Virus record (IMG/VR): IMGVR_UViG_2675903289_000010
Origin: a virus
Taxonomy: Duplodnaviria > Heunggongvirae > Uroviricota > Caudoviricetes
Strand: one strand, 5' to 3'
Length of the DNA: 5,471 nucleotides
Shown: piece by piece, positions 1-5,118 of the stretch
How the letters are laid out: each line of letters starts with the position of its first letter
How positions within the stretch are numbered: position 1 is the first letter of the stretch
Position numbers and translations under genes: made by a program
Notes under the pieces: model-generated
Told to the model about the DNA's origin: nothing
The model's database searches: none
The model's input: the letters and a program-made list of their open reading frames with translations, nothing else

Positions 1-647
1 GCCGTGTTCGGGTAGCACTGTTTCACATCGATGATTTCGGTGTACGACGACCAGAGCGTTTTGTTCTGCAGCTGGTCTGTGGTGCTGTCCGGCGTCATTC
101 TGCGCATCCGGATATTAAACGGGCGCGGCGGCAGGTTATCCACCACCACCGAGGCCAGATACTGCGAGGTGGTTTTGCCCTTAATGGTGATGTCTTTTTC
201 CGTCACCCAGCCACCGTTACGCTGTATCTGAACCAGCAGGCGGACTTCCGACGGATTCCGGTCACCCTTTGAGGTGGTTTCCACCAGTGCCTGCACACCG
301 AAGGTCAGGCGCAGACGGTCGATGTTTGCCGACGTGATGGTCCGGGTGATCGGCGTGTCATATTTCACTTCCGTACCCAGCACCGTCTCGGAGCCGGAGG
401 ATTCAAAACCCTCCGGCGGTGTCTGCTCCTGCTCACCTGCACGGAACACCACCGTAACACCGGAAAGGTTTGTCTTCCCCTCGCTGTCCAGGACCGGCGT
501 ACCGTTCAGCAGCACGCTTTTTAATCCATCCACCGGACCGTCAACCGGCCCTTCGCTGATGGCATCGATCACACTCAGCAGCTGCGTGGACTTCAGGTTG
601 TCCTTCGCTTCGCGCGGGGTATGCCCCTTACTGCTGCCTTTACCCAT
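1..647 (-). CDS. J: Host specificity / central tail fibre protein J, N-terminal ~215 codons; gene continues past window start (3' end missing)
   Basis: Minus-strand ATG at complement 645-647 with GGAG about 8 nt upstream (complement 656-659). Reverse-complement translation begins MGKGSSKGHTPREAKDNLKSTQLLSVIDAISEGPVDGPVDGLKSVLLNGTPVLD, matching the N-terminus of lambda gpJ as I recall it; frame stays open to position 1. Plus-strand ORFs 31..231 and 274..663 are antisense shadows. Confidence 0.92.
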   Translation of the reverse strand, partial: MGKGSSKGHTPREAKDNLKSTQLLSVIDAISEGPVDGPVDGLKSVLLNGTPVLDSEGKTNLSGVTVVFRAGEQEQTPPEGFESSGSETVLGTEVKYDTPITRTITSANIDRLRLTFGVQALVETTSKGDRNPSEVRLLVQIQRNGGWVTEKDITIKGKTTSQYLASVVVDNLPPRPFNIRMRRMTPDSTTDQLQNKTLWSSYTEIIDVKQCYPNT

Positions 648-669
648 TCCTCACGCTCCATAAACGACA

Positions 670-689
670 AAACCGCCCGCAGGCGGTTT
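670..689 (-). terminator. I-J intergenic stem-loop (8-bp stem 670-677 / 682-689, 4-nt loop 678-681) followed on the minus strand by a T-rich tract; possible intrinsic terminator or attenuator
   Basis: Inverted repeat AAACCGCC / GGCGGTTT read directly from the sequence; minus-strand downstream sequence is TGTCGTTTATGG leading into the J ribosome-binding site. Function is inferred only. Confidence 0.3.
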
Positions 690-707
690 CACATAAAACA
701 TTTTGCA

Positions 708-1410
708 TCAGCGACCAATCACCACAACCTGACCACCGTCCCCTTCGTCTGCCGTGCTGATCTCCTGAGATACCACACGTGACCCCACGCGCATTTCACC
801 ATACAGAACAGGCATAACATTGCCCTGGGCAACCATGTTATCCAGTGACGAGAAATACGTGTTCTGCTTACCGTTATCCGTTGTCTGTGTNNNNNNNNNN
901 NNNNNNNNNNNNNNNNNNNNNNNNNNNNNNNNNNNNNNNNNNNNNNNNNNNNCGGGGAGTTCTGGCTTTCGGTGCCAGCATCTGTGCAACACCGCCAAGC
1001 GTCATACTGGCACCGAGAGAAAACAGCAGATTACTCGCCATAATTCCTACCCCCGGCATCCATATAGCAACCGCCATAACAGCCGCCCCCAGCACCGCCT
1101 GAAACACACCGCCACTTTTAGCTCCCACCAGACGCGGTACTATGTGGATCACTGCACCATTTGCCAGCGGCTCATTAAGACGGGCAGACAATTCGGTTTC
1201 ACCTGCATCACGCCCGGCAATGCGCACCTGATACCAGCCGTCACTCAGTTTCTGACGAAACGCCGGGAGCTGTGTGGCCAGTGCCCGGATGGCTTCAGCC
1301 CCCGTTTTCACACGAAGGTCGATGCGGCGACCAAATCGTTGTAAATCCCCGTAAAGGCAGATGCGCGCCATGCCCGGTGACGCCAGAGGGAGTGTGTGCG
1401 TCGCTGCCAT
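708..1410 (-). CDS. I: Tail tip assembly protein I (N-terminal ubiquitin-like domain ending in a Gly-Gly motif); interrupted by an N run at 891-952
   Basis: ATG at complement 1408-1410, stop TGA at complement 708-710. Track ORFs 874..1410 and 708..998 together read MAATHTLPLASPGMARICLYGDLQRF...VIHIVPRLVGAKSGGVFQ...MLAPKARTP[N]TQTTDNGKQNTYFSSLDNMVAQGNVMPVLYGEMRVGSRVVSQEISTADEGDGGQVVVIGR, colinear with lambda gpI. The apparent frame change across the N run is an artefact of gap length. Confidence 0.88.
891..952. other. Run of 62 N inside gene I (assembly gap or masked bases)
   Basis: Literal N characters. Flanks read ...KARTPR and TQTTDNG..., which are only a few codons apart in lambda gpI as I recall it, so the true missing length is probably much shorter than 62 nt. 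Confidence 0.95.
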
Positions 1411-1767
1411 TTGTCGGTGTACCTCTCTCGTTTGCTCAGTTGTTCAGGAATATGGTGCAGCAGCCCGCCGTCACCGCAGTAAATGGCGGCATGATTCGGC
1501 ACCGATGAACCAAAACAGCACAGCAGCACATCGCCCGGCTGTGCCTCTGTCAGTGCGACACGGTAAAAACCCGTCACCTCCATATTGTCAAGATAGAGAT
1601 TCTGACCGTTACGCCACCAGTCATCCCCGCGATGAAAATCCGGCATCTCAATCCCTGCCAGATGATAAGCATCCCGGAACAGCGTGTAACAGTCCGTCAC
1701 CCCGTGCTCAAAGCGCCGCCCGGTGAGATGCGGCACACAGCGGAACTTGTGAATCGCCCCCCGGCAG
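1286..1767. repeat. Direct repeat copy A (~482 bp), about 93% identical to 1769-2250; spans K C-terminal region plus I 5' end
   Basis: Manual alignment of 1287-1767 with 1770-2250: both start cggatggcttc and end cggaacttgtgaatcgccccccggcag; roughly 35 mismatches including one divergent ~60-nt patch (1545-1605 vs 2027-2087). Confidence 0.85.
1308..1767 (-). pseudogene. K: K C-terminal fragment (NlpC/P60 domain portion), second divergent copy, truncated at the N at 1768; overlaps the I start by 103 nt as in lambda
   Basis: Track ORF 1308..1736 ends ...GVTDCYTLFRDAYHLAGIEMPDFHRGDDWW...NHAAIYCGDGGLLHHIPEQLSKRERYTDKWQRRTHSLWRHRAWRASAFTGIYNDLVAASTFV. Similarity continues to 1767, then the sequence jumps to I-like sequence after the N. 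Confidence 0.7.
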
Positions 1768-1768
1768 N
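1768..1768. other. Single N at the junction of the two ~482-bp repeat copies
   Basis: Literal N; left flank corresponds to K (equivalent to 2221-2247), right flank to I 5' region (equivalent to 1287 onward). Confidence 0.95.
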
Positions 1769-1894
1769 CCGGATGGCTTCGGCACCCGTTTTCACACGAA
1801 GGTCGATGCGGCGGCCAAATCGTTGCAAATCCCCGTAAAGGCAGATGCGTGCCATGCCCGGTGACGCCAGAGGGAGTGTGTGCGTCGCTGCCAT
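1769..1894 (-). pseudogene. I: I N-terminal fragment (first 42 codons) fused at N1768 to K-derived sequence in a different frame
   Basis: ATG at complement 1892-1894; track ORF 1697..1894 reads MAATHTLPLASPGMARICLYGDLQRFGRRIDLRVKTGAEAIR then X then out-of-frame K sequence. Confidence 0.7.
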
Positions 1895-2250
1895 TTGTCG
1901 GTATACCTCTCTCGTTTGCTCAGTTGTTCAGGAATATGGTGCAGCAGCTCGCCGTCACCACAGTAAATGGCGGCATGATTCGGCACCGATGAACCAAAAC
2001 AGCACAGCAGCACATCGCCCGGCTGCGCCGCTGACAACGGCACCTGATACAGCCCTGTGGCCTCCAGATTATCCAGATAGAGATTCTGACCGTGACGCCA
2101 CCAGTCATCCTCACGATGAAAATCCGGCATCTCAATCCCCGCCAGATGGTAAGCATCCCGGAACAGCGTGTAACAGTCCGTCACCCCGTGCTCAAAGCGC
2201 CGCCCGGTAAGATGTGGCACACAGCGGAACTTGTGAATCGCCCCCCGGCA
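1769..2250. repeat. Direct repeat copy B (~482 bp), partner of 1286-1767
   Basis: See copy A; differences are scattered and include synonymous changes, consistent with diverged alleles. Confidence 0.85.
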
Positions 2251-2535
2251 GACCAGCCACCACGGCAAATCACTCTGCACCTGCAGCCGCCGGTCAGCCT
2301 CACTCAGCCAGGGCAGACCACCGGGATGACTGTGGACCAGCGCCACAATCTCACCCTGCATTTGTGCCCGCAGCCAGTCCTCCGGAGCCATCCGGAACCG
2401 TTCCTCCGGCTCACCGGAGATATTCTCGCTGGGAAGATACCTGTCTCCCTCCGGCGTTCTTACCACGAAGCCACACGACTCCGCTGGCGCACATCGCCGG
2501 GCGTGCGCCAGAATCGCTGATTCTGTCTCTGTCAT
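1792..2535 (-). CDS. K: Tail tip assembly protein K, 247-codon ORF: N-terminal JAB/MPN (JAMM metalloprotease-like) domain plus C-terminal NlpC/P60 cysteine peptidase domain
   Basis: ATG at complement 2533-2535, 5 nt after the L stop (TAA ATCCC ATG); stop at complement 1792-1794. JAMM signature HSHPGGLPWLSEAD (H-x-H-x7-S-x2-D) and NlpC/P60-like Cys/His residues (VTDCYTLF, NHAAIY, LLHHIP) are visible in the translation. An internal in-frame ATG (complement 2389-2391, MAPEDW) would give a 199-aa product. Confidence 0.88.
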   Translation of the reverse strand: MTETESAILAHARRCAPAESCGFVVRTPEGDRYLPSENISGEPEERFRMAPEDWLRAQMQGEIVALVHSHPGGLPWLSEADRRLQVQSDLPWWLVCRGAIHKFRCVPHLTGRRFEHGVTDCYTLFRDAYHLAGIEMPDFHREDDWWRHGQNLYLDNLEATGLYQVPLSAAQPGDVLLCCFGSSVPNHAAIYCGDGELLHHIPEQLSKRERYTDKWQRRTHSLWRHRAWHASAFTGICNDLAAASTFV

Positions 2536-2540
2536 GGGAT

Positions 2541-3239
2541 TTACTGCGAAAGTTTGTTAATGGAAAGGAAGCCGCCAAAGTTGCCGACGTTATTGCGAAA
2601 CTTACAGCCACTCAGGCATTTGCTGCATTTATCCTTCGTGATGTCGGACGTTGGCTGGTCATATTCATCCGCGACCGCCGGACCGTGATAACCGCACTCA
2701 TCGCCGCGATAGGTCCAGGTGCAGGTGTTGGCCAGCATGATACGTCCCGGAAAAACAGCGCCATCTGTTTCCGTCGGCGTGGACAGTACAAAAGAGGCAC
2801 TCACCGCGCTCAGTTCGCTGCACTGCTCAATGCGCCAGCGGCTGATCACCTCCTGCTCCGGATCGGCGTCACTGTTTCCGTTGACGAAGTTCACCGCATC
2901 CAGAAAACGGGCGTAAACCTTACGCCGGACCACCGTTCCGCCGACCAGACTCTGTAGATCTTCCGCCATCCCGGTGACCATACCGTACAGGTTAGAAACC
3001 ATCAGCGTGGGGCGCGTACTGGTGCCTTTGCCATTCAGTTCAAAACCACTCCCCTGAATGGGATACGGCTGATACTGTCGCCCCTGCCAGGTGACCGGCT
3101 CACCTTTTTCGTTCTGCTCATTACAGAAAAAATAACGTTCTCCACCGACCTCTGTCAGATCGATTTCCCAGAGCACCACGCTGGCCGACTGCTCCGCACG
3201 GGTGCATTCATTCAGTGTTTCCTGCCGGATATCCTGCAT
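2541..3239 (-). CDS. L: Tail tip assembly protein L (232 aa) with C-terminal cysteine cluster (Fe-S binding in the gpL family)
   Basis: ATG at complement 3237-3239, stop TAA at complement 2541-2543. Translation MQDIRQETLNECTRAEQSASVVLWEIDLTEVGGERYFFCNEQNEKGEPVTWQGRQYQPYPIQGSGFELNGK...ANTCTWTYRGDECGYHGPAVADEYDQPTSDITKDKCSKCLSGCKFRNNVGNFGGFLSINKLSQ matches lambda gpL. Plus-strand ORF 2214..2957 is an antisense shadow. Confidence 0.92.
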   Translation of the reverse strand: MQDIRQETLNECTRAEQSASVVLWEIDLTEVGGERYFFCNEQNEKGEPVTWQGRQYQPYPIQGSGFELNGKGTSTRPTLMVSNLYGMVTGMAEDLQSLVGGTVVRRKVYARFLDAVNFVNGNSDADPEQEVISRWRIEQCSELSAVSASFVLSTPTETDGAVFPGRIMLANTCTWTYRGDECGYHGPAVADEYDQPTSDITKDKCSKCLSGCKFRNNVGNFGGFLSINKLSQ

Positions 3240-3307
3240 CAGTTCACCACCTGTTCAAACTCTGCGCTGAACTCAACACGCAGCATACTGACCCGCGACG
3301 ACCATTT
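3239..3307 (-). pseudogene. M: M 3'-terminal fragment (last ~22 codons), lambda-like, truncated by the N run at 3308-3315; stop overlaps the L start (TGATG)
   Basis: Reverse complement of 3239-3307 translates WSSRVSMLRVEFSAEFEQVVN then stop, the lambda gpM C-terminus as I recall it; no upstream body of the gene is present. Confidence 0.75.
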
Positions 3308-3315
3308 NNNNNNNN
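3308..3315. other. Run of 8 N at a rearrangement junction (M 3' fragment | K N-terminal fragment)
   Basis: Literal N characters; flanks belong to non-adjacent parts of the canonical gene order. Confidence 0.95.
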
Positions 3316-3512
3316 AGCGCCACAATCTCACCCTGCATTTGTGCCCGCAGCCAGTCCTCCGGAGCCATCCGGAACCGTTCCTCCGGCTCACCGGAGATAT
3401 TCTCGCTGGGAAGATACCTGTCTCCCTCCGGCGTTCTTACCACGAAGCCACACGACTCCGCTGGCGCACATCGCCGGGCGTGCGCCAGAATCGCTGATTC
3501 TGTCTGTGTCAT
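3316..3512 (-). pseudogene. K: K N-terminal fragment (first ~65 codons), near-identical to 2339-2535, truncated by the N run
   Basis: ATG at complement 3510-3512, 4 nt after the L copy-2 stop. Translation MTQTESAILAHARRCAPAESCGFVVRTPEGDRYLPSENISGEPEERFRMAPEDWLRAQMQGEIVA; identical to the full K copy across 3316-3506 (equivalent to 2339-2529), with a single substitution at 3508 (equivalent to 2530, E3Q) and a 1-nt indel in the L-K spacer. Confidence 0.75.
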
Positions 3513-3516
3513 GGAT

Positions 3517-4215
3517 TTACTGAGAAAGTTTATTGATGGAAAGGAAACCGCCGAAATTACCGGTATTGTTGCGCAACTCACACCCGCGCATACACTTGCT
3601 GCATTTGTCCTTCCGGATATCCGTCGTTGGTTTGTCGAACTCGTCAGCCACTGCCCTGCCCGTGTAACCACACTCATCAGAACGGTAAGTCCACATACAG
3701 GTATTCGCCAGCATGATACGCCCCGGGAAAACCGCGCCATCCGTCTCCGTTGGTGTGGCCAGCACAAAAGAGGCACTGACCGCGCTCAGTTCGCTGCACT
3801 GCTCGATGCGCCAGCGGCTGATCACCTCCTGTTCCGGATCGGCGTCGCTGTTTCCGTTGACGAAGTTCACCGCATCCAGAAAACGGGCGTAAACCTTACG
3901 CCGGACCACCGTTCCGCCGACCAGACTCTGTAGATCTTCCGCCATCCCGGTGACCATACCGTACAGGTTAGAAACCATCAGCGTGGGGCGCGTACTGGTG
4001 CCTTTGCCATTCAGTTCAAAACCACTCCCCTGAATGGGATACGGCTGATACTGTCGCCCCTGCCAGGTGACCGGCTCACCTTTTTCGTTCTGCTCATTAC
4101 AGAAAAAATAACGTTCACCACCGACCTCTGTCAGATCGATTTCCCAGAGCACCACGCTGGCCGACTGCTCCGCACGGGTGCATTCATTCAGTGTTTCCTG
4201 CCGGATATCCTGCAT
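3517..4215 (-). CDS. L: Tail tip assembly protein L, second full-length copy with divergent C-terminal ~80 residues (cysteines conserved)
   Basis: ATG at complement 4213-4215, stop TAA at complement 3517-3519. Identical to copy 1 over the N-terminal ~150 residues; the C-terminus differs (LATPTETDGAVFPGRIMLANTCMWTYRSDECGYTGRAVADEFDKPTTDIRKDKCSKCMRGCELRNNTGNFGGFLSINKLSQ) but keeps all five Cys positions. Confidence 0.85.
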   Translation of the reverse strand: MQDIRQETLNECTRAEQSASVVLWEIDLTEVGGERYFFCNEQNEKGEPVTWQGRQYQPYPIQGSGFELNGKGTSTRPTLMVSNLYGMVTGMAEDLQSLVGGTVVRRKVYARFLDAVNFVNGNSDADPEQEVISRWRIEQCSELSAVSASFVLATPTETDGAVFPGRIMLANTCMWTYRSDECGYTGRAVADEFDKPTTDIRKDKCSKCMRGCELRNNTGNFGGFLSINKLSQ

Positions 4216-4259
4216 CAGTTCACCACCTGTTCAAACTCTGCGCTGAACTCAACACGCAG
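4215..4259 (-). pseudogene. M: M 3'-terminal fragment (second copy, ~14 codons), truncated by the N run at 4260-4270
   Basis: 4216-4259 is identical to 3240-3283 (agttcaccacctgttcaaactctgcgctgaactcaacacgcag). Confidence 0.7.
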
Positions 4260-4270
4260 NNNNNNNNNNN
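4260..4270. other. Run of 11 N at a rearrangement junction (M 3' fragment | L internal sequence)
   Basis: Literal N characters. Confidence 0.95.
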
Positions 4271-4779
4271 GCCAGCATGATACGCCCCGGGAAAACCGCG
4301 CCATCCGTCTCCGTTGGTGTGGCCAGCACAAAAGAGGCACTGACCGCGCTCAGTTCGCTGCACTGCTCGATGCGCCAGCGGCTGATCACCTCCTGTTCCG
4401 GATCGGCGTCGCTGTTTCCGTTGACGAAGTTCACCGCATCCAGAAAACGGGCGTAAACCTTACGCCTGACCACCGTTCCGCCGACCAGACTCTGCAGGTC
4501 TTCCGCCATCCCGGTGACCATTCCGTGCAGGTTAGAAACCGTCAGTGTCGGACGGGCAGCACTGCCCTTGCCGTTCAGTTCAAATCCCGTCCCCTGAATG
4601 GGGTATGCCTGATACTGCCGCCCCTGCCAGGTAACCGGCTCACCTTTTTCGTTCTGCTCATTACAGAAAAAATAACGTTCACCACCGACCTCTGTCAGAT
4701 CGATTTCCCAGAGCACCACCTGGGCTGACTGAGTGAGGCGTGTCGTCTCATGATGTGTTTCCTGTGGAATATCCTGCAT
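4271..4779 (-). pseudogene. L: L N-terminal fragment (~169 codons), third copy with divergent N-terminal residues; 3' end lost at the N run
   Basis: ATG at complement 4777-4779. Translation MQDIPQETHHETTRLTQSAQVVLWEIDLTEVGGERYFFCNEQNEKGEPVTWQGRQYQAYPIQGTGFELNGKGSAARPTLTVSNLHGMVTGMAEDLQSL...; 4271-4470 is near-identical to 3708-3907, while 4530-4779 is divergent. Confidence 0.75.
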
Positions 4780-4788
4780 CAGAGCCTC
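4780..4788 (-). promoter_or_regulatory. Ribosome-binding site for L copy 3 (minus-strand TAGGAGGCTCTGATG; AGGAGG overlapping the M stop)
   Basis: Reverse complement of 4777-4791 is TAG GAGGCTCTG ATG; the AGGAGG core sits about 6 nt upstream of the ATG. Confidence 0.55.
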
Positions 4789-5118
4789 CTATGCCACGAC
4801 CTGTTCAAAATCTGCCGTTATGGTTACCCACAACGCCCCCACGCTTGCCGACCATTTACGACAAACCACCCTGATCGGCTTCCAGTCATAAGGTGGCGTC
4901 CACTGAAATGCGCGGACGCCACCGTGCCGTTCCAGAAAGGCTTTTAAAAATGGGTGTTCACCTTTACGAACACGTATCTTCACGCTGTAAGTCGACAACT
5001 GGTTATTCAGTCCCGCCGCACGACGCTGTTCATAACCATCGCCCAGCTTCACTGTCACCACTTTCGGCTCTGATACCACATTCATATCCGGGCGCACTTT
5101 CCAGTGAAACGTCTCCAT
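4789..5118 (-). CDS. M: Minor tail protein M (109 aa), divergent from lambda gpM
   Basis: ATG at complement 5116-5118 overlapping the H stop (TAATG); stop TAG at complement 4789-4791. Translation METFHWKVRPDMNVVSEPKVVTVKLGDGYEQRRAAGLNNQLSTYSVKIRVRKGEHPFLKAFLERHGGVRAFQWTPPYDWKPIRVVCRKWSASVGALWVTITADFEQVVA is colinear with lambda gpM (same length, conserved GDGY, WTPPY, KWS, FEQVV). Confidence 0.85.
   Translation of the reverse strand: METFHWKVRPDMNVVSEPKVVTVKLGDGYEQRRAAGLNNQLSTYSVKIRVRKGEHPFLKAFLERHGGVRAFQWTPPYDWKPIRVVCRKWSASVGALWVTITADFEQVVA

Noticed and set aside
274-663. Plus-strand ORF of 129 aa
   Set aside because: Lies antisense to the J N-terminal coding region, which has a clear lambda gpJ translation; high-GC antisense frames often stay open.
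706-708. Minus-strand ATG overlapping the I stop (TGATG) that could start a small intergenic ORF
   Set aside because: The ORF is only about 15 codons, has no ribosome-binding site, and runs through the hairpin into the J ribosome-binding site in another frame; it is most likely non-coding spacer.
1768-1768. Microhomology-mediated junctions (shared cccgg, gacca, agcat near the three N junctions) as evidence of real recombination
   Set aside because: The shared motifs are 5 nt or shorter and are not used as a single overlapping copy at the joins; each junction looks like two blocks abutted with N filler, which fits scaffolding or chimera better than microhomology-mediated repair. It cannot be resolved without reads.
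2214-2957. Plus-strand ORF of 247 aa (and similar plus-strand ORFs 820..1344, 1361..1726, 1845..2210, 2092..2520, 3215..3523, 3511..3933)
   Set aside because: All are antisense shadows of K, L and I; their translations are low-complexity and Pro/Arg/Ala-rich, typical of reverse frames of GC-rich genes, and several are duplicated only because the underlying sense genes are.
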